Below the pieces are notes generated by a model. It was given only the letters and a program-made list of their open reading frames with translations. It was not told where the DNA came from and did not search any database. The position numbers and the translations under genes are program-made. From assembly GCA_965199825.1 (NCBI GenBank), contig OZ241329.1:2048001-2112000 (forward strand): 64,000 nucleotides of DNA. The letters are read 5' to 3'. This document shows, in pieces, positions 9,288 to 18,455 of this stretch. Source of the stretch: Bdellovibrionales bacterium. Lineage in GTDB: Bacteria; Bdellovibrionota; Bdellovibrionia; Bdellovibrionales; UBA1609. How positions within the stretch are numbered: the stretch's first letter is position 1; each line of letters starts with the position of its first letter.

Positions 9288-10474
9288 GAAACATTTCCTC
9301 GAAATTTAACTTCTGGTTTACAAATGTCTTCGACCTCAAAAATCCGTTTGTACTCAGGATCTTTTAAAGTTCGTAAATCAAAATATGCCGACACCGTTTG
9401 AAATCCTTGAGTTCCTGCAAATTGATCACAGGCCTGTTTGGCATCCAAAAACTTAAGGTATGGACTGCACTGAGTTTGGATCGGCCGTCCCGAAGGAGCA
9501 TCTACCGAAATCTGTTCAATGCGAGAATTAAAATGGGCAAACGTTGTAAGCCGGCATTCAAGGTTCGAAGCCAGGCGATCGAGAGCTAAAGTTTCAACCA
9601 CAGGATGGGTCTGCTCCAATGCCAAAAAAGGAATCAGCTGGATTGCCCAAAAAACAATAAGGGTGAGGCCTGCCCAAAGATTACTCGGCTCGGGACGTAA
9701 GTAGGATTGGTAAAGAAGTTCGGATTCGAATTTTCTTTCTTCCCAGCCTGCCAACCAAAAAAGTGAAAGAGCCATGATTTGCACAAGGGCTGGAAAAAAT
9801 CCGTCAAACCACCAAAGGACAGCCTGATAGAGAACCAAAACCAAAAAACCGATAACGAAATATTTCCCTTTTTTAAATAAAAGAGCCGCTCCGCCAATCA
9901 TTTCGACCAAGACCGAAATTGCGGCACACCATTCGGCAAATTTGGGGCGGGTGATTTTGTGACTCATAAACCATTGGCCGGTGAGCCACTCTGGCGAAAG
10001 CTTGAGCATTCCGGTTGCGAGATAATACGAAACAATAAACCCTTTAAGAACATTTTGTTTGGAGGGGACAAAGAGATAAATCAGCTGCAAGCAAAATAAA
10101 AAGTAATGGATGTTGGAACTTAAACGATAATCTTGAATATAAAAGAACGCTTTAAGTAAAAATAATGAAAACAGCAGACCCCAATTTAATAAGGTTGCAC
10201 GGGTAAAGAAAAACACGCAGGCGGTCAGTAAGCTCAATACAAAATAAAAATAATAAAGAGCGGTGAAAACTGACAAAGGAACAATTCGCATTGCCAAACA
10301 GTTTTCAAAAAGGGTCCAGCACATGGGTGTGCTGGTGTAATAAGCGAGCGGCAGATGCCCTTGCAGTTGCCAGTACAAAAATGTGAGGGCATGAGTCAGC
10401 GCAAGCAAGCCACCAAAAATTCTAAGGCTTGCCGATTTTTCGATTTCCCAAAGTTGATTGCGCATCCATTCCAT
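9260..10474 (-). CDS. Polytopic membrane protein, HTTM-like
   Basis: Multiple TM helices; YLATGMLKLSPEWLTG resembles the HTTM Y..AG..KL..DWL.G motif; NIHY. Confidence 0.6.
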   Translation of the reverse strand: MEWMRNQLWEIEKSASLRIFGGLLALTHALTFLYWQLQGHLPLAYYTSTPMCWTLFENCLAMRIVPLSVFTALYYFYFVLSLLTACVFFFTRATLLNWGLLFSLFLLKAFFYIQDYRLSSNIHYFLFCLQLIYLFVPSKQNVLKGFIVSYYLATGMLKLSPEWLTGQWFMSHKITRPKFAEWCAAISVLVEMIGGAALLFKKGKYFVIGFLVLVLYQAVLWWFDGFFPALVQIMALSLFWLAGWEERKFESELLYQSYLRPEPSNLWAGLTLIVFWAIQLIPFLALEQTHPVVETLALDRLASNLECRLTTFAHFNSRIEQISVDAPSGRPIQTQCSPYLKFLDAKQACDQFAGTQGFQTVSAYFDLRTLKDPEYKRIFEVEDICKPEVKFRGNVSWNTTPTAE

Positions 10475-10480
10475 CGCCCC

Positions 10481-10509
10481 ATCATGAAGGCGTTATATGG
10501 GAGAGTCAA
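10481..10509 (-). promoter_or_regulatory. Sigma70-like promoter, leaderless geometry
   Basis: TTGACT-N17-CATGAT, 6 nt before ATG 10474. Confidence 0.5.
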
Positions 10510-11066
10510 TTTGGCTGTTGAATCTTGCGGTTGATAAAATAGCCCGAAGTGTATTGAATGCCAGACACAATCGACAATCCAACACTGATCCACAATAAAT
10601 AATAACCTGCAAAGCTCAGGTACTTATCGTGATCGATCAGCAAACAGGGAATGGCAATCATCTGAAGTGCTGTTTTCCATTTGCCAAAGGGCTTGGCGTC
10701 AATGATCACACGGTCAGCCGCTGCAACAGATCTTACACCACCAATCGCAATGTCTCTTGAGATCAGCAAAAAAACCATCAACGGATCGACCATGCCCCGA
10801 TCTAACAGCATCACCAAAGTTCCGAGCACTAAAATTTTATCGGCGATGGGATCCATTAATTTTCCCATTGTGCTTTCGGCTTTGAATCTTCTAGCCCAAT
10901 AGCCATCAAGCCAATCGGTAATCGAAAATAAAATAAATAAAACGGCGGACACCGTTGTCGCCAATGGCCACGAGGTCATCAGTAAACAAACTATAACGAG
11001 ACCGCCAAACATTCGCGAAGTTGTTGCCCACATGGGGAGTTGCAGCTTCCAATTTTTTTGTGACAT
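10506..11066 (-). CDS. pgsA: CDP-diacylglycerol--glycerol-3-phosphate 3-phosphatidyltransferase
   Basis: TDWLDGYWARR...GKLMDPIADK CDP-alcohol phosphotransferase motif; GKWKTALQM. Confidence 0.95.
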   Translation of the reverse strand: MSQKNWKLQLPMWATTSRMFGGLVIVCLLMTSWPLATTVSAVLFILFSITDWLDGYWARRFKAESTMGKLMDPIADKILVLGTLVMLLDRGMVDPLMVFLLISRDIAIGGVRSVAAADRVIIDAKPFGKWKTALQMIAIPCLLIDHDKYLSFAGYYLLWISVGLSIVSGIQYTSGYFINRKIQQPN

Positions 11067-11146
11067 AAAAAAATCGTAATGCGGGCTTTCATTCCTCGCA
11101 AGCGAAATTGACACAAGACAAAGGCGTAAGGGACACTTCGAGCCTC

Positions 11147-11593
11147 ATGTTTAAAGCCATTCATCGCGTGCATTTTTACGAAACCGATGTGATGGGCATT
11201 GTTCATCACTCCAATTTCTTGCGGATCTTTGAAGAAGCCCGAATGAGTTGGCTCAAAAATGTTAAGCTCCATCTCTCACATGCTCCTTATGCCAACATGA
11301 CGTTCGCAGTTTTAGAAACTCATGTGAAGCATCTCAAACCCGCATATTTAGACGAAGAGTTGACAACCTATATTCAAGTTCGTAGCGAAAAAGCCAAGAT
11401 TCGATTTGGTTACGCCACAGTTTGTGAATCTAAAAATCAGATTGTGGCAACCGGCGAAACACTTCATGTGGCGCTTGATAAAGAGTTAAAAATTTTGCGG
11501 ATTCCTTTTGAATTTTTAAAAGTTTTGGAGAGCCAAATATGGACAGAAACCTGGCCCTTGAATTTGTTAGAATCACTGAAGCCGCAGCGCTAG
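11147..11593 (+). CDS. Acyl-CoA thioesterase, YbgC/4HBT family
   Basis: RVHFYETDVMGIVHHSNFLRIFEEAR. Confidence 0.88.
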   Translation: MFKAIHRVHFYETDVMGIVHHSNFLRIFEEARMSWLKNVKLHLSHAPYANMTFAVLETHVKHLKPAYLDEELTTYIQVRSEKAKIRFGYATVCESKNQIVATGETLHVALDKELKILRIPFEFLKVLESQIWTETWPLNLLESLKPQR

Positions 11594-12495
11594 CTTCGGC
11601 TCATTTGATGGGGCGTGGTGACGAAAAGGCTGCCGATCAAGCCGCAGTCGATGCGATGAGAAAAGCATTTGATTCGGTTGATATCGATGGCACGGTGGTG
11701 ATTGGCGAAGGGGAGCGCGACGAAGCTCCAATGCTCTATATTGGTGAAAAAGTCGGAAGGCGTTCAGCACAATCTCCTCAAATTGATATCGCACTCGATC
11801 CCCTCGAAGGCACAACCATTTGTGCCAATGGGGGAGTGGGGGCGGTGTCGGTGATTGCGGTTGCGGGACAAAATCAATTTTTGCACGCACCAGATGTTTA
11901 CATGCAAAAAATCGCCTGCGGTCCGCGCGCAAAAGGTGCAATCGATCTCAACAAAACTCCGGAGGAAAATATTAAGTCGGTGGCGCAAGCCTTGAATAAA
12001 GAAATTTCTGAAATCACCGTGGTGATATTGAAACGGCCAAGGCATACTGAGTTGATTTCGAAAGTGAGAACTCTTGGAGCCCGGATCCAATTGATTGACG
12101 ACGGCGATGTTTCGGCCGGTATTGCGACCTGTTGGGAAGATTCAGGAATTGATATTTTGATGGGCATTGGCGGCGCACCTGAGGGTGTGATCACCGCGGC
12201 TGCACTTAAATGTTTAAACGGTGATTTTCAAGGACGACTTTTTTTTAGCAATGACCAACAAAAATCACGAGCGATAAAAATGGGAATTACTGATTTTGAA
12301 AAAACTTATCAGCTCGAAGAACTGGCGGCCGGCGACGTGATGTTTTGTGCCACCGGAATCACCGATGGGCCTTTACTCAAAGGGGTCCGGTTATTGGCAG
12401 GCCACCGAGCCACAAGTCATTCATTGGTGATGCGATCAAAAACTCAGACCATTCGGCGCATCGAAGCCGAACATCATTTGAAATTAAAACCATGA
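11539..12495 (+). CDS. glpX: Class II fructose-1,6-bisphosphatase
   Basis: VVIGEGERDEAPMLYIGE, DPLEGT, DGDV, GGAPEGV, ATGITDG. Confidence 0.97.
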   Translation: MDRNLALEFVRITEAAALASAHLMGRGDEKAADQAAVDAMRKAFDSVDIDGTVVIGEGERDEAPMLYIGEKVGRRSAQSPQIDIALDPLEGTTICANGGVGAVSVIAVAGQNQFLHAPDVYMQKIACGPRAKGAIDLNKTPEENIKSVAQALNKEISEITVVILKRPRHTELISKVRTLGARIQLIDDGDVSAGIATCWEDSGIDILMGIGGAPEGVITAAALKCLNGDFQGRLFFSNDQQKSRAIKMGITDFEKTYQLEELAAGDVMFCATGITDGPLLKGVRLLAGHRATSHSLVMRSKTQTIRRIEAEHHLKLKP

Positions 12496-12791
12496 GTGCT
12501 CGTTTTGAATTTTCCTGTTTTTCCTGTGGATTGCTTTTAAGTTTTCAAGACACACCAGGGTTTCGCGCCACGTGCGAAAAATGTGATAGCGATATTCACG
12601 TTTGTAAGAACTGTCGGTTTTATGATGTCAAAGCTTACAATGAATGCACCGAGCCGTCGGCCGAGGTGGTGCGTGAAAAAGAACGCAATAATTTTTGCGA
12701 ATATTTTGAGCCCGGCGGGAATGGACCAAAAGAAAAAACCTCAGCCGAAGATCTAAGATCAAAAGCCGAGGCCTTATTCAAAAAATTCTAG
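12492..12791 (+). CDS. Small Cys-rich (Zn-binding) conserved hypothetical protein
   Basis: CFSC, CEKC, CKNC, C..NNFCEYF; ATGA overlap with glpX stop. Confidence 0.75.
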   Translation: MSARFEFSCFSCGLLLSFQDTPGFRATCEKCDSDIHVCKNCRFYDVKAYNECTEPSAEVVREKERNNFCEYFEPGGNGPKEKTSAEDLRSKAEALFKKF

Positions 12792-14386
12792 TGTCGACGA
12801 TACGTCAGTTTCAATTTTGATCCTGGTTTGACTTTTCCAAACAACACGCGATCCGAAATCGTCACCGATCCTGACGGATCATACTGAAGTCCACGGCGAT
12901 CAAGAATTTCTTCATGCCCACTTGAATCGATGATTGAAACCACAACAGTTTCAAGTGCAATTCGACTTTCATCTCCGTTATGGATCCGAAGTGTCTTTGT
13001 GTAATCCATCATCTTGTAATTTGAAAAATCGGCGATGCGCATCATGTTATCAGAAATTTGGGCGTGCTTTGCCAAATCAACCGGAAAGCCCTTGCTCAGT
13101 TGAATCAAATCCAAATAGCCATGACCCATCTCGTGTTCTAAACCAAATTTATCGGTCTTGTCTGTTTTAGGAATCGATTCATTCGAGAGATAATGAACTC
13201 CCGAAATAACGAGGGGACCACCGGTCGCGCTTTGAAGTGCACTTAAGACATCTTGGGGAGTGATGTTGCGTGAGTTCGCCGCATACTTGTCGATATGGCA
13301 ATATTGACTCTTCGCTTTGATCTCGATCGGATCTTGTTCGCACTTGCCGTTAAACTGGGGGCATTCATTTGCTTTGTAATCATAGCAAACATCTTGCTCG
13401 TCCGACATAAAGATCACACCCAAGGCTGAGCCGGGCTCAAGCAATCCTTCACTTTTTAATTGTGGCAGATCTTGAGCATCGGTCACCGCGCGAAAAATAC
13501 TCATCAATCCCATTTCACCTTGAGCCGAAGAATCATCACGATATTTTTGTAAGATCGTCATCTTGCGAACAACACGTTTGCTGATTTCGGCAAGCGACAT
13601 CTGTGGATAATGAAGAACTTTTGGATCTTCTGTTGGACGGCGCGTGGTCTTTGAGGATTCGCTAAACAAAACTCCTTCGAGTCGATCGGAGGAGTCAGGC
13701 CCGTGAGCGGCGATGACTCCGATGTCCACTTGTGAGTGAGGTGGAAGACGCATAATAAAATCGCCTACTTTTTTGGCCACAACTTCGCGGGTCAGATCCA
13801 TCGAATCTGAGGTGTCAGGAACTAAAAGCAAAGTGTATTTTTTGATGCGCGCATTCATGGGCTGCTCAATCGTGATTGGAGCACATTCTTCTGTACCTTC
13901 GATCACTTCTTTAGCGCAACCACCACCGCAAAGTCCTAAAACTGTGGGCGCACTACCGCCGCTCACCCAAGGAACGTTTGGAGCAGGCTGTGTGTTGCCA
14001 CCGGCCATATGAACAGGGCCCGAAAATTCAAGACGCTGAGTTGGAATATTTGCTGGTTCAAGTGCTACCGGTGGAGGTGAAGGAAGTGTTCTAATAATTG
14101 TTGTTGGTTGTGGCGTGCTGATCACAGTTGTGGTTTCAACTGGAGTGGGTGTTTGACGTAATTCCACATCGGGCAGCGGTGCTTGCATGATTGAAATCGG
14201 CTGCACGAGAGGTCTTGGCGGTTGATAGACGATCGGAATCGTTGGCGGAGGATAATAAGGTTGGCTCGGCATTGGCCCACGGGCGATCGTCCCATTGGGT
14301 GCTTGTTGCACAGACGAATGACTCGCCTTTTGACAACTCACAATGGTCGCCACCAACAACATAATCACATAGATTTTTTTATTCAT
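12788..14386 (-). CDS. Lipoprotein with Pro/Thr-rich linker and vWA-like domain
   Basis: Lipobox IVSC; DTSDSM MIDAS-like motif; VIFMSDEQD; GGGAGG SD before ATG 14386. Confidence 0.7.
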   Translation of the reverse strand: MNKKIYVIMLLVATIVSCQKASHSSVQQAPNGTIARGPMPSQPYYPPPTIPIVYQPPRPLVQPISIMQAPLPDVELRQTPTPVETTTVISTPQPTTIIRTLPSPPPVALEPANIPTQRLEFSGPVHMAGGNTQPAPNVPWVSGGSAPTVLGLCGGGCAKEVIEGTEECAPITIEQPMNARIKKYTLLLVPDTSDSMDLTREVVAKKVGDFIMRLPPHSQVDIGVIAAHGPDSSDRLEGVLFSESSKTTRRPTEDPKVLHYPQMSLAEISKRVVRKMTILQKYRDDSSAQGEMGLMSIFRAVTDAQDLPQLKSEGLLEPGSALGVIFMSDEQDVCYDYKANECPQFNGKCEQDPIEIKAKSQYCHIDKYAANSRNITPQDVLSALQSATGGPLVISGVHYLSNESIPKTDKTDKFGLEHEMGHGYLDLIQLSKGFPVDLAKHAQISDNMMRIADFSNYKMMDYTKTLRIHNGDESRIALETVVVSIIDSSGHEEILDRRGLQYDPSGSVTISDRVLFGKVKPGSKLKLTYRRH

Positions 14387-14642
14387 AAACCCTCCCACCT
14401 GTTTCAAATTGCAAGGTCAAGAGCAGTGTGGCTGAGGCTTTAAAACGATTTTACAAAGTTATGCCAAAAATTGTCTAAGCACTTTGGCGATTTTGGGCGC
14501 TTCGGGTTGTTATCAGGAAGTCGGTGAATACCGAATCCATGGAAATAAAAAGTTTGCTCATTCGAGAAAAACAAGAGCTTACCTCATTTTCAAATATGAC
14601 TAAACAATTGGTATTTGAAGTGATTTTGATTTAAACAGCTCC

Positions 14643-15680
14643 ATGACAAAATTACTGCGCTCTTCAACTTTTATACTTTGTGCAACATTGAGCAATTTGG
14701 CTTACGGAGAAATTTCGGAGCCGTTCGTTTTAAAAATTAAAAAAGATGATCAGGTGTCCAGCCTATTCGTGAATTATCCCAGTTCAAAATTTCCTTCTCG
14801 TGCGACCAAAGCTTTTACTGATGGGCTACTTAAAGAAGTTAAAAACTTACTGATCAGCCAACAAGACACTTCGTGGCGGGGTATAAAAAGCCAAATCAGC
14901 AAAAATGATGATCCAGCCTCTGCTCTGCGAACCACATTTGGTGAGTTTTCTTATGAATGGAAGTACATTAGTCGTACTTTTAAAAAATTGAGTGTGCGAA
15001 GTAAATCGCTAGCAGATTGTACTATTCCTTTCTCTGCACTCGATTCCCTCTTTTCAAGCGGAATTTTCGCGTGGATTACGCGTAACCGACTTTTAAGTTT
15101 AATATTAGCTGAGGTTTCGGGGTCGATCTCGAATACGAGCGGACAAGATCTGATGCATCTCCTGAACTACAGAGCTAGAAAATTGAATTACTCCGTGATG
15201 TATTTTGAAAAAACTTATGACTCAATATCGTTCGAAGCGGTGAAAGATCACGACATCAAAGAACTCCTTGGTCTCTTGGCGAGTTTTAAAACTTCAGATA
15301 AAGAATTTCTTGATGAGTTTGAAAAGTTGGGTTTACTCACATCGTTAAATCGCAGCAGAACAGGGGATGAGGTCGAGGCGTATGAGCAAAAGCGGAGATG
15401 GCTCAATCAGATTGAATTTCTCCATGAAAAAGAAGGCGTTGCTGTTGCGCTAGGGCTTGGGCATATCGTGGAGTTCGGAGGAATAGGTAATTTGCTGTTT
15501 GAGCTAAGACTTCGAGGTTTTGAGATTTTAAACGGTGAAGGTTGGACGAGCGACTCTTCTTGCTCCAAAATCTTATCAGCAAGAAAAATTAAAACTGCAG
15601 GTGCTGGTCTCCAACGGATGAGCAGACGCGAAAATCTTTTGCGTCTGCGTGGGATCGATTCTGAAGATGGTTTGTACTGA
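14643..15680 (+). CDS. Secreted hypothetical protein, TraB/GumN-like C-terminus
   Basis: Signal peptide; RWLNQIE...VAVALGLGHIV..G..NLLFELRLRGFEI resembles the TraB/GumN 'vavGagHl.g..gll.lLr..Gy' motif. Confidence 0.5.
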   Translation: MTKLLRSSTFILCATLSNLAYGEISEPFVLKIKKDDQVSSLFVNYPSSKFPSRATKAFTDGLLKEVKNLLISQQDTSWRGIKSQISKNDDPASALRTTFGEFSYEWKYISRTFKKLSVRSKSLADCTIPFSALDSLFSSGIFAWITRNRLLSLILAEVSGSISNTSGQDLMHLLNYRARKLNYSVMYFEKTYDSISFEAVKDHDIKELLGLLASFKTSDKEFLDEFEKLGLLTSLNRSRTGDEVEAYEQKRRWLNQIEFLHEKEGVAVALGLGHIVEFGGIGNLLFELRLRGFEILNGEGWTSDSSCSKILSARKIKTAGAGLQRMSRRENLLRLRGIDSEDGLY

Positions 15681-15991
15681 TCAACAAGTTTTTTGGTCGC
15701 CGGGTTTTTAAGGTGTAGGGTGATTTGAGTTTTGGGTACTGACTCTGATTTACATTCTGATCCGAAGAACCTTCCTGCCTTTCACGTGGCAGCTAGGACT
15801 GTGGTTCGATCTAAATTATTATCTAAAAAATGATTTTCTGAATTTGAAATTTCTGATTTGTTTAATTCGAATTCATCATCTCAATTTTAAAAGCCTTCAC
15901 CTCTAAATTATGACAGTGCCCCGGATGGCATCCGAACACCATAATCCAATATAAAAATATAAATAAATTATGATTATAAAAACAAAATTTA

Positions 15992-16020
15992 TTGTCTTTT
16001 CACCTAAGCAAATATATTAT
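15992..16020 (+). promoter_or_regulatory. Sigma70 promoter for the Y1 transposase (leaderless)
   Basis: TTGTCT-N17-TATTAT, 6 nt before ATG 16027. Confidence 0.55.
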
Positions 16021-16026
16021 TCACGT

Positions 16027-16623
16027 ATGAAACAACTGAATTTATTTAAAATGAAAACGCAAAAATCTTATGGTGGCAAAACTTTAGGTAAAAGAAAATC
16101 CACGCGGCCGCTCAATCCAAAACGCCTTCATCATGTGATAATGAAATCACAACACGCCAAAGGATTGCTTAGTTTTAAAAATCCAGTTCATCGAGCTAAA
16201 ATAGAAAAATTAATTTTTGATAAAGCGCAACGCTACGGAATTCGAATTGCAGAGTTTGCCAACGTGGGAAATCACTTTCATCTCCTTGTTCGATTCAAGA
16301 ATATTTATCTGATACAAAATTTTTTAAAAGTGACCATGGGATTGATTGCACGATTGATCACCGGCGCGAGCAAAACAAAAAGATATGGGCGATTTTGGGA
16401 AGGACTTGTCTTCACCCGAATTGTTTCAAAAGGTTTGGATCAATCGCGGATGTTTGATTATCTCGCTGCAAACAAAATTCAATCCGATGCGGGGACCGAA
16501 AGTCGCTGTCGTTTTGAAATGTCAAAAAAGAGGGAGTGGCGGAGACGGACCAGCAAGCATCAAAAGGTTTCTAGTGCACTACAACTTGCCCAACTTGATT
16601 GTCGTTTATACCGAAGTAATTAA
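16027..16623 (+). CDS. HUH Y1 transposase (IS200/RAYT-like)
   Basis: HHVIMK, NVGNHFHLLV (HUH), RFWEG..FTRIV, DYLAAN (catalytic Tyr, YxxxN). Confidence 0.8.
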   Translation: MKQLNLFKMKTQKSYGGKTLGKRKSTRPLNPKRLHHVIMKSQHAKGLLSFKNPVHRAKIEKLIFDKAQRYGIRIAEFANVGNHFHLLVRFKNIYLIQNFLKVTMGLIARLITGASKTKRYGRFWEGLVFTRIVSKGLDQSRMFDYLAANKIQSDAGTESRCRFEMSKKREWRRRTSKHQKVSSALQLAQLDCRLYRSN

Positions 16624-16726
16624 ACCGCTTAAAAAAGCCCTAGATTTTCTGTACGACACCGCACTCACAGCCCACCCGAAGATGCAGCTCAAGACATACC
16701 AATTAAAACAGCAATCATCCCACACC

Positions 16727-16819
16727 GTTTCAAATTGAAACACCCAAACCATTCAAAAGTAAACTTTCGTACATAGTAAACAGAAAACCCACCCTTAAAA
16801 TCCCGTCTCAAATCGAAAC
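16727..16819. promoter_or_regulatory. Paired palindromes, candidate activator (UAS) sites
   Basis: GTTTCAAATTGAAAC (16727-16741) and GTCTCAAATCGAAAC (16805-16819). Confidence 0.45.
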
Positions 16820-16952
16820 GTCAATAAACTAAAAAAGTGTAGATAAATCATCGGATGTGATTCCAAAACGCAAACCTTAAAAACTTGAACAGGTGTCAAT
16901 CGAGACGACATATCTAACTGCGCGAAATTCTTAAATCCTCAATTCCCAAGGT

Positions 16953-16969
16953 TGGGAATCCAAAATGCA
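16953..16969 (+). promoter_or_regulatory. Sigma54-type -24/-12 promoter overlapping an inverted repeat
   Basis: GG(16955)-N10-GC(16967); IR ATTCCCAA-GG-TTGGGAAT at 16942-16959. Confidence 0.45.
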
Positions 16970-16996
16970 AATCTAAAAAGCATCACGGGGGGATTT

Positions 16997-17743
16997 ATGA
17001 AAACAGCTTTTTTGGTTTTGATGTGTTCGATGGGTCTTGCGGCTTGTTCATCAGGTGGCTCTGCATCGAATGCCTCTACGGTAAACAGTAGCTCTGCTGT
17101 CACCATCCTCCCGAGCAGCGTCACCCTCGCCTTTGGGCAGCAATACACTTTTGCTGCAATGGGTGGTGCAGGGTATGGCTACACCTTTCAAATCGTAAAT
17201 GCGCCGAACTCTTCGGCGCAAGGAACGCTAGTGAGTTCTACTGGTTTTTATACCGCACCTTCAGCCAACCAAACGCTGTCTATTATGGTGACCGATGTCA
17301 ACGGAGCTAGTGCCACTGCAACCGTAACAATCAGCTCAACCGCAACATCAACCACCACGACAAATGCCGAAACCCCTCTTTGGAGATTCTTTAATACAAC
17401 AACGGGCGAGCATTTTTATTCGGGAGATTCAACCGAGGGGGCGAAAGCCGGGGATGTGCCAGAGGGCATTGCCTTTTTAGTTCTTCAATCCCAACAGGTA
17501 GGATCGGTTGCTCTTTATCGCTGCAACACCGGCTCATCACACTTTATGAGTTTGGATCAAAATTGTGAGGGTTTTACTAACGAATCCACTTACGGATTTA
17601 TCTATACCGCTCAACAATCGAATACAGTTCCTGTTTATCGATTCTTTTCACCCACATCGGGAGATCATCTTGTGACCACCAACTACAGTGAAGGTGCGGG
17701 CTACCAATACGAATCAACTCTGGGTTATGTTTTTACAAACTAA
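16997..17743 (+). CDS. Ser/Thr-rich lipoprotein with Ig-like segment and DUF5648-type repeats
   Basis: Lipobox LAAC; repeats PLWRFFN..TGEHFYS, ALYRCNTGSSHFMS, PVYRFFS..SGDHLVT. Confidence 0.75.
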   Translation: MKTAFLVLMCSMGLAACSSGGSASNASTVNSSSAVTILPSSVTLAFGQQYTFAAMGGAGYGYTFQIVNAPNSSAQGTLVSSTGFYTAPSANQTLSIMVTDVNGASATATVTISSTATSTTTTNAETPLWRFFNTTTGEHFYSGDSTEGAKAGDVPEGIAFLVLQSQQVGSVALYRCNTGSSHFMSLDQNCEGFTNESTYGFIYTAQQSNTVPVYRFFSPTSGDHLVTTNYSEGAGYQYESTLGYVFTN

Positions 17744-18318
17744 CTTGCAAGACTTATTGATTTTTCGAGATGAATTTCGATTGGAACTTGGCTGAGTTTT
17801 AAATACACACGCCGCATCTCAAGTTGCGGCCACCAGGAATACAAAAAGTTATCAAGTGGTCGCCACATGGCGACCCAACCCATAATCATAATTCCTTCGC
17901 GCAACACATCGATCGCAACGTTTCCATTTGGAAAACTCTGCGATACGGTCAAACAAGAAAACATCACCACAAATCCAATCAGCAAAGAGATCTGTCCTTG
18001 GCGCACGGTCCGATGCAATTTTTTTCGCATCAAATCGGCTTTGTAGGTAAAGTGATTATGAATGGCCTCAATAATAGTTGTTTGAGGCAACAGCATGCCA
18101 TCGGGCTCGGCAATATGAATCACCAATCCAATCGCGGTGTTTACCGGATGCTCCATACTTGAACTCACAATATAATCGGCCGCCGTATCATCAAGATCGC
18201 GCTCCAAAAATGGCGAAGGATCGCGCGAATCAAACAGCTGCTCGATTTTGCGCAGTTTAAGATCAATCAGCACTTTGCCTTTTTTGGTGCGATAGCGGTT
18301 GGATGAGGTCTTTTCCAT
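17740..18318 (-). CDS. Conserved hypothetical membrane protein
   Basis: QLFDSRDPSPFLERDLD, two TM helices, GWVAMWRP; ATG 18318 is the likely start. Confidence 0.75.
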   Translation of the reverse strand: MEKTSSNRYRTKKGKVLIDLKLRKIEQLFDSRDPSPFLERDLDDTAADYIVSSSMEHPVNTAIGLVIHIAEPDGMLLPQTTIIEAIHNHFTYKADLMRKKLHRTVRQGQISLLIGFVVMFSCLTVSQSFPNGNVAIDVLREGIMIMGWVAMWRPLDNFLYSWWPQLEMRRVYLKLSQVPIEIHLEKSISLAS

Positions 18319-18325
18319 AACAAAC

Positions 18326-18353
18326 TTATCGGCGTAAATCGAAAATTGCCTGG
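18326..18353 (-). promoter_or_regulatory. Sigma28 (FliA)-like promoter
   Basis: CCAGG-N15-GCCGATAA, 7 nt before ATG 18318. Confidence 0.5.
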
Positions 18354-18455
18354 TTTGGTTTTTTAAGTTCTTGTTGAAAACCGGCCGATGGTCTGGTGTC
18401 CTTTGATTTTGCCAGAATCTAAAAAACATGCAAACGTCTAGTAACGAGGAGGCCC

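Noticed and set aside
14408..14426. Possible sigma54 promoter for the vWA lipoprotein
   Set aside because: Has GC rather than GG at -24 (TGCTCTTGACCTTGC); too deviant to call
7428..14536. 12-mer TGAATACCGAAT present at 7428 and 14525
   Set aside because: A single short match with no extension; compatible with chance
15940..16026. dif-like XerCD site near the Y1 transposase
   Set aside because: AT-rich, but no TTATGTTAAA-type XerD arm with the correct spacing
18363..18391. + strand TTAAG...GCCGATGG as a sigma28 promoter for the SRPBCC gene
   Set aside because: Spacing differs from the two better cases and the -10 is imperfect
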